A DNA stretch of 63,861 nt, the filler included, from Vannella sp. (taxonomy: Eukaryota): NCBI GenBank assembly GCA_023345925.1. It is 6 parts of 6 records of this genome, joined end to end, with 100 filler letters (N's around TTAATTAATTAA, not from the genome) between each part and the next. Parts side by side here need not be neighbours in the genome. Positions count along the whole stretch, not along the records: positions 45,769 to 52,185 come from JAJQQN010001049.1; positions 52,286 to 63,861 come from JAJQQN010001036.1; 4 more parts are not named here. One strand, 5' to 3'. The notes beneath the pieces are model-generated. The model did not search any database. It had not been told where the DNA came from and worked only from the letters and a program-made list of their open reading frames with translations. This document shows, in pieces, positions 47,905 to 60,273 of this stretch. The position numbers were made by a program, and so were the translations under genes. Positions within the stretch are counted from its first letter, which is position 1. Each line of letters begins with the position of its first letter.

Positions 47905-48207
47905 TAATGGCTCATTTCAACTCGCCGTCACTCTTCTGTTTTAAAAAATCTGACTTACGATAAATTAAGAAAGAGATCCAAGGCAGATCCCATAATTGAA
48001 AGAACTTGTCTTCTTTGCCAGTAACGCCGATCCTGCCAAAAAAGAGGTATAACACAAACTGAGGTATTACGTTAACAAACCCTGATCGGAAATGGCCATT
48101 TTCCTGATGAGGAATGGACCAATGGGTGGAGCCGGAGCTACGGGAGTTTGCGCAGTTTACACCGTTGTAAAGCGGAACCGTTGGACCCCCGAACGTTGGC
48201 ATTCAGT

Positions 48208-48852
48208 ATGAGCCGCACGCGAATCGTTGTTTTTGGTGCAACTGGAGGGCTTGGAAGTGCTTTGGTGCGAGAGGCTTCAAAGCGAGAAGGAGTCGAAGTG
48301 GTGGCTGTAGCACGCTCATTGAAAGAGGCTGTTCAACAATTCAAGGACCTTTCTAACGTTGAGGTTGTCCAAGGTGACGCTCTGGACGAAGGAAGCGTTC
48401 TTCGAGTGGTGGGGAGAGCGGATGCGGTTATCTCCGCCCTTGGAGGAGTTGACACGCTCGTTACCATGAACAGCAACATCATCGCAGCTGTGCAATCTTC
48501 TGGGGTCCGACGCATCCTCTTGACGGGTGGTGCAGGCGTTCTAAGTGTCCCCGGAACACAGTCCCGTGTCCTTGAAGGCCCTTCCTTCCCCCCTTTCTTG
48601 AAGCCCATCAGCCTTGTTCACCTCCAAAGCTTGCACAACTTGGAAGCGACCAATCTGGACTGGACCTTCATCGCTCCAGCGAGTATGAGGAGAACCGAGA
48701 AGACAGGCAAGTTCCTCGTTCAAGTGGACTTCCCCATACCCAGTGCCATGAGCCAACCCACTCCATTTGACGATGTAGCTGACGCTGTCATCTCCAATCT
48801 GTGGAACCCAGACACCTACCAGAAGAGGATGGCAGTCGGAGGTGGCAAGTGA
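48208..48852 (+). CDS. NAD(P)H-binding oxidoreductase (flavin reductase/BLVRB-like)
   Basis: IVVFGATGGLG, VQGDAL, DAVISALG, LDWTFIAP, DDVADA. Confidence 0.85.
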   Translation: MSRTRIVVFGATGGLGSALVREASKREGVEVVAVARSLKEAVQQFKDLSNVEVVQGDALDEGSVLRVVGRADAVISALGGVDTLVTMNSNIIAAVQSSGVRRILLTGGAGVLSVPGTQSRVLEGPSFPPFLKPISLVHLQSLHNLEATNLDWTFIAPASMRRTEKTGKFLVQVDFPIPSAMSQPTPFDDVADAVISNLWNPDTYQKRMAVGGGK

Positions 48853-49088
48853 GGTAATGGTTGAAGGGAACGCAGCGAACGGTTCCAAAGCCTCCCAGTA
48901 AAGTAAAGTTGAGAGTTCTATACATCATTTGAAGGCCATTAGAGGTGCAAACGTCTCTTCTCTCACTCACAGGAAGCCTGGAAAGGACATTCCGTTGCAT
49001 TTCTATCCTTCAAGGCCACGGAAGGCCTCTGAAAGCGTACTCTGATCCTTTGGTCAACAGAAACGAGAATGGGAGTGTGTGGAAGGGT

Positions 49089-49794
49089 TTAGGGGTCAGA
49101 AGGGGCTCGAGCGGCTGCAGACTTGGTTTTGTTGAACCTGCGAGGGTCCTGTGCCTCCACAGGCGAGGGGCTCGATGCAATTATAGCTTGGGCAAAGGCA
49201 GACCCTGCAACACTGCCCCTCAACCCTCGCGGGTTATATAGTCCAAGAGCGGCCTTCGATCTCGCTCAAGCCCATCTCCTCCGTCAACTCTTCGACACTC
49301 ACAGCGTTTGGCAGGTCCTGCATCGCTCTGAGTACAAAGAGATAGGGGAAGATCATGTGACGCACCTGCTTGTTCGCAACAACGAGCAAGGGAACTTCGC
49401 GCAGCTCGTCCTCTCGAAGAGCGCATTCGAGCTCCTTTCGAGCCTCTGGGAAGCGGCAACGATCATGGCTATCAACCATGAAGATCAACTTCCTTGTGTT
49501 CTGGTAGTAGTGGCGCCAAAGAGGTCGAATCTTGTCCTCCCCGCCGACATCCTTCCGCGTTCGTGAGATGAGAGGGGAGGGAAGGAAGAGAGGTCTTCTC
49601 ACCCAAACTGTGTACTCCAGAGGAGCACGTTCCAAGGTTTCCACGTTGAAGCCGATGGTGGGGATGGTCGTGACAACCTCTGCGCGGAAAGTTCTGCTCA
49701 GGCGGTACAGGACAGTCGTCTTCCCTGCTGCGTCCAATCCAATCATCAGGACACGGCTTTCTGCTGCTCCATTCGCACTAAAGACACCTCCCAT
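49089..49794 (-). pseudogene. ARF-like GTPase disrupted by an inversion of its C-terminal coding segment
   Basis: MGG start, [42 protein letters not shown]. The frame stops at RSWTI*, while RGSCASTGEGLDAIIAW is encoded on the + strand from 49141. Confidence 0.85.
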
Positions 49795-49879
49795 GACGCC
49801 GGTCCCCCTTCGAACGAATGGCCATTCATTCGGAAATCTCATCCCTTTCCCAAGTGCTGAGTCAGGATCAGGCAAGCAC

Positions 49880-50975
49880 TGACTGGCAGTGGCTCACTGC
49901 CACGTTAATCATCAATTGAGTGTGCATTTCTGCTCCTGATACCACATTGCCACTGTTCTCAAGGCTGGGACTTTCAAAGACTATCCAGGCACCATCTATT
50001 AGTACTCAAGATACTGGCATAGTAACGTATGTGCTCTTACCACGCTGGGTAGCATTAGAGAGTCTGCTATCCGCCTGGCGACGCCACAGCGGAGGACTTC
50101 ATCAACGATCTCCTCTCCTGCATCTGTTAGATAGGAGAAGGCCCACATAGATTCCGTCATTATTTCCTCATCTTGATCGTGATAAACAAGCTTGCAAAGC
50201 CACGTGAGGATATCCCGAGTTACAGGTAGCGGAGGGATTGGTTTGCCTCTGCAGAGGTTCGATAGTGCCCAAGCAGCATTGCGGAGAGTAGTCAACTTGG
50301 AAGAGTCATTGATCTGTCTACAGAGAGGCCCCAAGGCCCCATGAAGGACGAGATCACGAAACTCCACATTGTTGCCGGCAATGTTGCCTAACCCCCAGAT
50401 CACTTGCTCCTTGATCTCATCAAAGGTAGTAGTGTCAAGAAGGGCTATGAGGTTAGAGATTGCGCCCTCTTTGATGATTGCAGCAGTCTCTTCAGAGGAG
50501 CCTGAAGCAATGTTTGTCAGGCACCAAGCAGCCCCCAACTGAAGCTGCGGGTTACTGATGCATCCAAGGAACTGTACAAGTCTCTGAACCAGTCCTGGTG
50601 ATTGAACTACCAGCTGAATAGGCGGATCTCTTTCAAGGGAAAGAAGTATGCGGAGTTTGGAGGTGGCGTCCGCCTGGTCCTCGATACTGTCACCCCAGAT
50701 AGCGTGGAGGAGTTGTGGGAAGCTCTGCAAGTACTAAACTTCCGTTAAGAACATGGCGATATCACAAGGAACTAAAAAGGCCCACCTGCTGAGAGATATC
50801 AAAGTTCACAGGAGCGATCCCCAATTCCTCCGCTTCTGTTCCTCCGCTTCTGCAAGCTCTCAATCCTCTTCTGCTTCCTCACAGAGAACTGAGCATCTTG
50901 ACGGTCTCGTTTCAACTGTTCCGGGTCCAAGCCGGCCTTGTAATACTACTTTTTGCTCTCACCCTTCTCCTCCAT
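49880..50975 (-). pseudogene. Importin-alpha paralogue, multiply disrupted and 3'-truncated
   Basis: IBB-like RKQKRIESLQKRR, AAWCLTNIASG, WGLGNIAG, WALSNLCRGKP. Lesions: in-frame TAG at codon 10 (50946-50948), 14-bp tandem duplication 50825-50852, 1-nt frameshift near 49950, later ARM repeats absent. Confidence 0.8.
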
Positions 50976-51154
50976 CCCTCCCAAGGCTCAAAAAGAAACG
51001 AATTTATCCTTGCAGCTTTGAATTAGTTATTATGTCACGGAGTTGGTGAGGATTTTCTTTCGCCTCTGACGTGCTAATTATGGGACATTTATTCTGTGAA
51101 CCAAATTTCCGAAAGATTTTGGCTGGTGTGTTTGGTGGTCATTCTTTCGAGGTC

Positions 51155-51729
51155 ATGAGGAGAAGGCCACCAATGTTCGAACTTGGGCTTGCGGTTGTTG
51201 GACTATCGGGAGTCGGAACGTCTGCATTGGCTATTCGGTTCGTTCAAAACCGCTTCGTAGATGGCCCATACATTGACGAGGATTATCGTTTTTCGATGCG
51301 CTGCTCGATTGACGAGGAGGAGAATCTGCTCGAGATTTATGCTCACCAGATGAGGAACGTCGAAAACTCAAAGTCAAATGAAAGTACCCTCAGACGATAT
51401 CAAGGGTTCCTGTGCACACATCTCGCCCCTCTTTCGAATGGATGAAGGATCTCTACAAGGACATTCTGCGCCTTAAGGACGAGGATAAGGTTCCCATGAT
51501 TCTGGTGGGGAACAAATGCGATTTGGAAGAAGATCGACAAGTGTCCTGGGCTGAAGGTGAGGAACTAGCCTCTCTCTTTGGATGTTCCATGTTTGAGACC
51601 TCTGCCAAGGACTGCATCAATATTGAAGAGTCGTTTTCTGATCTGGTGCGAGAGACACGGAAGAACTATCCTGCCAGATCAAAGTTCAGTCGAAAGAACA
51701 AGGGCAAAGGGGCTTGTTCTCTCTTCTAA
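51155..51729 (+). pseudogene. Divergent Ras-like GTPase with a frameshifting deletion
   Basis: VVGLSGVGTSALAIRFVQNRF, VGNKCDL, ETSAK, CaaX CSLF; frame change at about 51415 where VYSI is missing; P-loop Lys and DTAG are lost. Confidence 0.75.
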
Positions 51730-51869
51730 AACGTTTCACTATCTTCCATCATCACCGGGAGCAGAGAAGGACCGACGAGTTTGAGCATTCCGATAAACAC
51801 TAAAGAACTCTGCGCTCCTTGAAATCTGCGTTCCTAAGATCAGCGATTGCTACTTCCGAGATCGTTACC

Positions 51870-51925
51870 AAGACCGGACCCTGCCTTTTTCAGCCTGCCG
51901 GTTTAAAAAGGCAGGGTCCGGTCTT
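51870..51925. repeat. Perfect 21-bp hairpin with a 14-nt loop
   Basis: AAGACCGGACCCTGCCTTTTT (51870-51890) / AAAAAGGCAGGGTCCGGTCTT (51905-51925). Confidence 0.92.
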
Positions 51926-52185
51926 TTAGCCAGCCTGTGCACATTCAGGACTGATCCACTCGTGTTGAAACATTCAGGATAGCCTAGGTACAGACTTTCA
52001 TTTTCACTGGCTCATTGTCGGAAATCTAAGTTCGTCCACTGGAACTTCTGGCTAAATGCAATTTTGGTCATTCTTAAGTATAACATTTAAGTCTACTAAA
52101 TACGGTTTATTTGGGAAATCTACGGGGTTTGAGTTGTTTTTTTTCTTTATCGTACAATGTTGTATTTTACAAGGCACAGGTCTCC

Positions 52186-52285
52186 NNNNNNNNNNNNNNN
52201 NNNNNNNNNNNNNNNNNNNNNNNNNNNNNTTAATTAATTAANNNNNNNNNNNNNNNNNNNNNNNNNNNNNNNNNNNNNNNNNNNN
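52186..52285. other. Artificial contig-joining spacer
   Basis: N-run with TTAATTAATTAA. Confidence 0.98.
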
Positions 52286-52878
52286 AAATGCCAGAAGATG
52301 CTAAAATGCACAACGTCGTCAACCTCCTCTCAGACAGCCGGATCCAACGGATTCTCGTCATCAACAAGGCGAAAGAGATAACAAACATCATCACGCAGTC
52401 TGCTGTACTCGAAATGCTCTACACGCAGCACTCCGAGATTGGCCCTCTTGGGTTCAAGACCATCAAGGAGCTGAATCTTGGTTATTGTCCGGTCATTTCT
52501 GTCGACATCAGCACCACTACTCTCGATGCGTTTGAGGTACTCCGTGACCAGGAGCTCTACGCGGTTCCCTTGGTAAATGGGGCTTTGAAAGGCGCCATTG
52601 TCGCAAACCTTAGTGGAAAGGACGTTCAAGAGTTGGTGAGAGAACCTTCTCGCCTTTATCTTCTCCACTGCCCAGTCTCCCAGTTCCTCTCCGTCATTCA
52701 TCAGGAACAAGTAGACATTTCTTCCCTTTCTGTAACGTGCAAAGAAAGCGATACACTCTTCCTTGTCATCCAGAAGCTTGTTTTGAATAAGATCCATCGC
52801 CTCTATGTACTTGGGGACCACAACGAGGTCGTTCGAGTCATCACACTCACTGACTTGCTCCATGTCCTCGTCGATTAG
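52286..52878 (+). CDS. CBS-domain protein (AMPK-gamma/Sds23-like), 5' partial
   Basis: IITQSAV, AVPLV...IVANLSGKDV, KIHRLYV...VITLTDLL. Confidence 0.8.
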
Positions 52879-53010
52879 TCCCCTCCTTCTCTTCTTCCTC
52901 TTAAACTGGTGAAGAGTTCAATATCAATCGAAGTCTCCTTTGAAGGATTCCTCAGTTTTGGGAAGTAACCTGAAGAGGTCGAAAAGGGAATCACGAAGGC
53001 GAGTTTATTT

Positions 53011-56000
53011 CTATTTCTGCCAAAAGCAAGTCCAGACTTGAATGTCGCGGTCGCAGATGGTCCAAACTCGACCGTCTGCAGTGGCTGCCAAGGCAACGGG
53101 CCACTTAAGATCCTCGCTGACCTCTTCCACAGCTTGTTTCGATTCTGTGTTCCATTTCATAAGCCTTCCATCAAAAGATAGACTGAAAAGCTGTCCCAAT
53201 CTCCCAAAGGAAACCATATCCAACACCCTTGTCACGTGCGTGTTGGAAGTGGACAGTTTCTGCAAGTCGGAGAGTGTTTGCATACTCCACATGGTCATCT
53301 CGCCTAGATTAGAAGCAGTCCAAATCTCTTTCGTTTGAGCGGCAGTGTTAATCACAGCCATGCTGCTTATCGAACAGTTGTGAGCTTCAAATGTACCAAG
53401 CAAGCAAAGAGTGTCTTTGTCGAGAATGGATACTTTCCCTCCCTTTCCGGACACCCAAACATGGTTTTCTTTGTGGACAATGTGGGAGCATTCCAGCAAA
53501 GCTTCGTCTGTGATAGTGGCAACGCAGCCGTAAGTTGTGGCGTCCCACACAGAAATAGTGCCTTCGGCTCCAGAGCCCAACCAAACTGCTTCTGGTGCTG
53601 CTGCGACGGATGAAGTCGATGAGATGAATTGCATGCAGGATGGCCCAACTGTTGTTGTTCCAAGAGGCTTCCATTGATAGAGGAGCACATATTCTCCGCT
53701 ACTGGCCGGAGGATCCCAGACACAAACATCGCCAGATTTAGAGCAGCTCCAGACATGAATTCCAGTGAATATAATCGACATGACACTATCCTTATGCCCT
53801 TTCAACTGTCCACTGCATTCTAGAGCAGTCTATTCGGATGTTAGAGTGGTCAAGCTGATGTCGGAGGAACTCACGCCCGCGTCATTGGATTTGATAACGT
53901 AGATTGAACCTGTTCTGCATCCAACAAGAACCTCCTTTACCATGGGAAGGACACAACGAGCTTTGTCATCGTCAGGGACATCCATGCGAAGGAGGGAGCT
54001 GATTTTCTTCACTAGAGCAACCGCCCTCCCACGCGTCATTGGAGCGAGTCCTCTTGGCTGGGATTTTTTGGCTCTGTAGATTGATCTTCAGACAAGATGT
54101 TCAGGGAAAGAGACACACTCACACTGGAATGCTCCCTTTGCGAGCGTTGATAGCTTCAACAAGGAAGGAATTGGATTGCTCCAACAAGTGAGTCACTTGG
54201 GCTGCTGAAAGCCGCTCTTTCGGATTCGTTTGCCAACAACCGCGGAGAATATCTGCGTAGTACGGCAGGCAATCTTCGGGGATGGTTGGTCGGAGACCTT
54301 CATTAATGATGGCTCCTTTGATAGGTTGAAGGAGCCACTCCTTGCCATTAAAATAAAGAGGATCTTGTTTGTACTCTACATAGGGAATGGAGAGAGTGAG
54401 AAGCTCCCACAGGATTATCCCTAAACTAAAACAATCTGACTTTTCATCGTATCCAGCAGACTCTGATGAGAGGACTTCAGGAGCAAGCCATTGCCAAGTC
54501 TTTAAAGACCCTCCCACCTCCTTATTAACCCGAAGAGACAAACCAAAGTCGCCAATCTTGGCCACATCACGGTCAGAAGTAAGCTAATATCTTGTCAGTG
54601 TCATAAATAATCATAAAAAAGAGCTCACAAAGATATTAGGAGTTCGCAAGTCTCGATGAATGATTGCTGGAGTCACAGATTGCATGTAGGCTAGTCCGCT
54701 GGCAATATGATGTGCAAAAGAAACTCTTTTCTCCCAAGGAAGCTTTCTTGGGTCCAAGGGTGGTTGTCCGGGGCGAGCTTCAGCCGGATGTAATAACTCG
54801 AATAAATCACCGCCTCCTACAAACTCCATCACCATCGCCCTTGGGTTCTCAGTAATACCATAAAGCTTCACGATGTTACGGTGATTCAACGCGCTCATAA
54901 TGGCCACTTCCGACTGGAATTCAGCAAACTTGGCGACAACGTCGTGCTTAGCCTTGATAGTCAGCCGCTTGATGGCCACCTGGTCGCCTTGCATGCGTCC
55001 CAGATAGACTTCAGCAGCTGCACCTTGTCCCACAAGCTCACCCATCTCGATGTCACGGGACGCAATGACTTCAACATCGGCCATTTTCAAGTCCGGAGCT
55101 GCTTGAGAGACCCACATTGAGCGGGACAGTCCAGCCAGGTCGTTACAATGAAGGATAGCAGACTGGCTGCAGTTTTGAAGGAGTTGAATGACCTTAGCCT
55201 TGGGAAAGCGCCACGCTGTTTGATCTGAAACTCCTCTGAGGATGCAATGGGAGCATGTGATTGATTCCTTTGTGCCCTCCCGAAGTCCGGGATAGAATCC
55301 CTCTATCATGTTACCCACAGTTGCTAGCACACTTGTTAGAATGGGGATGGCCTCGGTTTGGTCCTCAATCTTGTAGCGGAAACGGAGGTACAGCTCATAC
55401 GAGATATCATTGTACTCCACTAAGAGGAGAGAAGAATCGCCAGTGCAGAGAAGGCCGCGCTTCCACACCAAAGTTAAATTAAGCTTGGGGTGACTCAAAA
55501 CAGCAACTTCAAACCGTTCAAAGAAACCCAATGGCAGGCTGGGGAATGTCCAGACACGCCCAACAGTGTTGTAGTGAGGAGGAATTGCGGATGGGAATAA
55601 GTTAGAGAGGAGATGACCAGGCCGTTCAGTAGGAAGCATGGAAGGGATGAGAAGACTTGTACCGAGGCGATACACCATTTTGAACCGCTCCAACAAGTTG
55701 ATAATCGACTCATGGATCTCTTCTGGGTATTTGACAGTATCGCTGAGTACTTTAGGAACATCTGCAAGAGCTAAAGTTCCATTCTGGACGAAATTGGCGC
55801 GGGTTGTGATGAATGAAGCCATGATATCGGCCAGCCATTGGGCAGATAGGATAACTTGGCTGCTCTCAAGGTCTTCCACTTGGTCATAAAGATGAACTAA
55901 AACTCCACTGCTCTGCAAGAGAGCAGTTGCTTCAAGCAATTGCTCTCCTAATAGTCCGCAAATTAGACTCCAGTTCTTGTAGACATCCCACCCAACCCGG

Positions 56001-57912
56001 TCAATGCCCAGCTGAGAGTATCCATGGACAAGGTTGTAGAGATAAGACCAAGCGACAGGGCAAGCCGGGCGGAGTAAGGAATGTTCTGCCAACTGCGTTA
56101 ACGTGGACTTGAGCTCTGGAATCCCCTGCCCTGTTGCACAGCTGACACTAAAGATGTCGCCAGAGAAAAAGGGAAATTGCTGCCGAGGGAAACGGCTGAA
56201 AATGCGGTGGTCGATGTCTTTGGCCTGCTCTTCGGTGCAAAGATCGAGATGGGTTCCGGCAACAACCACCAGCACTGTCCCACTCCGTTGTGACTTGAGT
56301 TGCTTGAACCAATACTCCATTCTAGGCATCCGAAAGTCCGAATAGTCGAATACAATAATATACAAAGCGTGGGCAGACAAGAAAAATTGATGTGTGGGAT
56401 AGTAAATGATCTGACCACCTTCTCACGTATGTCAGCCACTTGGAATCGTTGATATAAGACTCACCAAAGTCCCAGAAGTTGAAGGAGAACGACTTTTTCT
56501 TCTCCTTATAAGTGCATTCGGTCATTGAAATGCCATCCGTAGAAAGGCTAGTGCCGTTAGAGAAAGAAACCAATGGACGGCGTCTCTCTTACTTGTTCGA
56601 TACGTTGCACTTTCCACTCTTGCTGGACAGGCACTTGGCAAGAGTAGTCTTTCCGGCAGCCTCCTCCCCCAGGAAGATGACTTTGCGCACATTCCAGGGC
56701 ACATCACCAAGCCTAGTCTCCTCAAGAAATTCTCGAATCCTTCGTATCCCTTGTCAAACCAGGAATACCAAAAAAGGAAATAACGCACTTGGGCCATTTG
56801 GCTGTTCTAAGCGCGATGGGGAAGCACAACAGTGGATTGCCTTCGACATGCACCTTTTCGATGTGGCGGAGTGAAGCAGGCAGTAGATTGAGCCGGTTAT
56901 GGCGGATATCGAGCTCTTTGATGAGAGATCCATTCCACTCCAGCAGCCCAGCAGGAAGGCGCTCCAGTAAGAGGTTACTGAAGTTAGCTATACCCTTCTC
57001 TTGCTCTAGAAACCACTGGGCAAGCTTCGTGTTGCCCGCAATAATGGCTGCGGCAAAGGGAGACAATGGCGAGCCCTGGATCTCCTTGTTAACATCATAT
57101 AAAGGCGCCATTCAGGCGGTATAAGCTTACCTCGATCTCATGAGTGTTATAACCACGCTCTTCCTTCTCCATAACCTCTTCAATCTGCAAAACAGTGAAG
57201 GTTTGGCACCATTCCAGGAGCTACACCTCACTGTGAGGAGGAAAGCCATTGTTGAGCAGAAATAGACATACCAGCTTTGGTTTACGAGACCTCTGGCCCT
57301 GAAAGAGGTTCCCCATGAGTGTAAAGGGAATGGAGTTGCTCCTTTCCATGGGTTCAGCCGAAGTCTGAGTCCTTCCACCGAGGACAGCTTGCACGATGTC
57401 TGCACAAAGCACCTTATTTCCCACATCATTGGCACCGAACTCGTAGTAAGATCCCTCCAACAGGCTGGCGACAGCGCGTCCCCGTTCCGCCTTGATCGCT
57501 CGCGGCTTGTCCCCTTCCAGAAGCGTCCCCACGACCATCACAGGTGTACCAGAGATCCGGCTGATGATGACTGTGTGCCACTTCTCCATGATCTCGAAGA
57601 GCGTCGCCTGCTGGGACAAGGAAAAGCAAACCAGCAGCAGATGAGCTCGCGTTGTCTGCGTCATCGCCTCTGTCAAGAGACTCAGTTCCTCTGTCGTCTC
57701 GTAAGAGTCTGTTGCAACCAGAATCGTCTGCCCAGCCACCGTCGAGTTGAAGGAACGGCCCGGTCCTTCCCAAAACTGTCAGATCCCCTTCCCCACGTCT
57801 CGCCCCACTCACTACGAGACCCTATCCCCTTCCCAGGGAACAGAGCATCATGTAGACTTGAACTACTCGCTCCCAGCAGCACCACACGCGTGGCCCCGCC
57901 AACAGACGCCAT
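53011..57912 (-). CDS. Roco-family kinase: degenerate small GTPase, ankyrin-like/LRR, Roc, COR, TKL kinase, WD40
   Basis: KVILLGEEAAGKTTL, STDGI, WDFG|GQIIYYPTHQFFLS, AGTHLD, WLADIMASFIT, LPLGFFER, VGQGAAAEV, VAIK, HRDLRTPNIF, DFGLS, WLAPE, then WD repeats; about 9 GT-AG introns. Confidence 0.88.
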
Positions 57913-57992
57913 CTCCCTCCAAGCGCCCAGAAAAACTAATTTTGGTCTTTTCCGGGTGCTCGTGGGTCCGGTGTCCGTGTGAGTAGGTTGTA

Positions 57993-60273
57993 TCAGTGAG
58001 TGTTGGTCCTAGGCTGGTTGGGAAGGTGTTTGACGTGCTTGTGAAGCGCAATGAGGGAGGTAGGAGTGATCCCGCTGATTCGACTGGCTGCAGCGAGGGT
58101 GGCTGGACGGGCCTTGATGAGCTTCTCACGCTCTTCAGAAGAGAGACTGGGGAGGCTGTGATAGGCGAGGTCGACGGGGAGGGGGATCTGAAGGTCTCGT
58201 TGGTAGGCTTTGACGTCGCGTTCTTGCTTTTCGAGGTGTAAGGAGTAGAAGCACTCCGCTTCCACTGTCTCTACAACAGACCAATCTGATGTGAATGCAT
58301 TCAGCTCGGGCCAGATCCCGGAGAGCTTCTGGAGGCTCATATCCTTGGCTCGGAGCAAGTCTCGAGCGGATCTGTTAGTGTGAGGTCAGTCCAGGCTCTG
58401 GCTCACAAGCAGATGAGTTACCTTGAGACACCGTCTTGTCTAATTGGGACATCTGGGAGCGCCCGTACTAGAGCGCCGCAACTGATCGACAAAGAAGACA
58501 ACTTCTCCATTGTGGCGGCAATGGCGGCGCTCTTTTGGTCAAACTGAGCTTTCTGCTCCTCTCCTACTAGTCCCACAGTCCATCCTAGCTGTGTCAGCCT
58601 CTGATCTGCGTTATCTGCGCGGAGAGAAAGTCGATATTCAGCGCGGGAGGTGAAGACTCGGTACGGTTCCTTCGTTCCTAAGTGGACCAAGTCATCTATG
58701 AGGACTCCGATGTAAGAGCTCGTTCGGTCTAGCTTCAAGGTATCTCTGTTCAATGCTTTCAGAGCGGCATTGGCCCCCGCCACCAGCCCTTGGCCAGCAG
58801 CTTCCTCGTATCCCGTTGTCCCGTTAATCTGGCCCGCCAGGAAGAGCCCAGCTAGCCTGCGACTTTCAAGAGAAGTATCAAGCTCTCTCGCATCACAAAA
58901 GTCGTATTCCACAGCGTATCCAGGGCGGAGCATCTCCACATTCTCCAGTCCCTTGATGGTCCTCAAGAAGCTCAGTTGGACATCCACAGGGAGTGCATTG
59001 GAGATGCCATTTGGGTAAATAACGTCTGAATTAATCCCTTCTGGCTCTAGCCAGATCAAATGGCTGTCCCGCTCAGCAAATCGAACAATCTTCGACTCAA
59101 GAGAAGGACAATAGCGCGGTCCTAAGACGTCCTTTTTCTTGCCTGTCTCAGGTACATACTCTCCAGAGCGATGAAGATTCTCTTTGACTATCTTGTGGGT
59201 CTCCAAGTTGGTCTTTGTGGCATGACACACTTCCAAGTGACCTTCCAAGGCAACTATTTTGTTCCGATAGGAGAACGGCTGGGGCTTTTGGTCGCTCATT
59301 TGGACATCCATGCCTTCGTAATTGATAGAACTACGTTTGAGTCGAGCAGGAGTGCCAGTCTTGAGGCGTCCAAGAGGGAATTCGTACCGAGCGAGGGTTC
59401 GAGACATTGCTGTGGCTGCATCGTCACCGAAGCGACCAGCAGGCATCTGGTAATCACCTATCCAGATGATTCCACCAAGGAAGGTTCCCGTGGTGAGCAC
59501 TACCGAGGTTCCCAGTAGTCTTTCTCCTCCTTCCGTGACAACTCCCCTCACTCTTTTGCTCTTATCGTCGACAATGAGATCTTCTGCACCTGCCTCCATT
59601 ATAGAGAGTAATGGAAACTCATCTGTGCACAGTAAAAGAGTGTTTGTGAGCTCATAGGATCCTTTAGAACCGATAAAAACTCACTCAGCTGCTGCTGGAT
59701 TGACTTTCGGTAGAGTTCACGGTCTACTTGAGCACGTGGACCTTGCACAGCCTTTCCTTTTGAAGAGTTGAGTATTCTGAAGTGTATGCCACTTGCTGCA
59801 ATCAAAGGTAAGTCTCCATCCCAGCGGTGGCAAGTCATTGTAGCTTACCATCCGTTGCTTTACTCATCAGACCACCCAGGGCATCGATCTCTCGAGCCAC
59901 GTGACCCTTACCAACACCACCAATCGAAGGGTTACAAGAGAGCACACCGATTGTAGAGAGTCGGTGAGTCAATAGCAATGTTCGAGCCCCACAGCGCGCA
60001 GAGGCAGCTGCTGCTTCAGCACCTGGAAGCAAACGTTAAAATGTTCCAATTAGTCCCTTTCTACTCACCAGCGTGGCCTCCACCGATCACAATCACGTCA
60101 AACTCTGCGCCGTCCACAAGAGGATCTCGACGAGCCCAGCATTCAGATTGCGTGTTGGGTCCCACTGGTCCAGTGAACGATCCAAAGCCAGGAATATGAT
60201 GCGATGTGGAACTAGCCCGTCGCCCCAGCGACCTCCCCCATGAGCTCCTCGCCCCTCCCCAAACCGACCGCAT
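57993..60273 (-). CDS. MTO1: Mitochondrial tRNA uridine-modification enzyme MnmG/GidA
   Basis: [79 protein letters not shown]; Arg/Ser-rich presequence; four introns. Confidence 0.93.

Noticed and set aside
36967..50948. TAG reassignment suggested by in-frame TAGs in RRP45 and importin-alpha
   Set aside because: TAG is the normal stop of several genes here (PP2C, PRP38B, WIP, carrier, CBS); the importin copy has other lesions and the RRP45 TAG fits an intron acceptor
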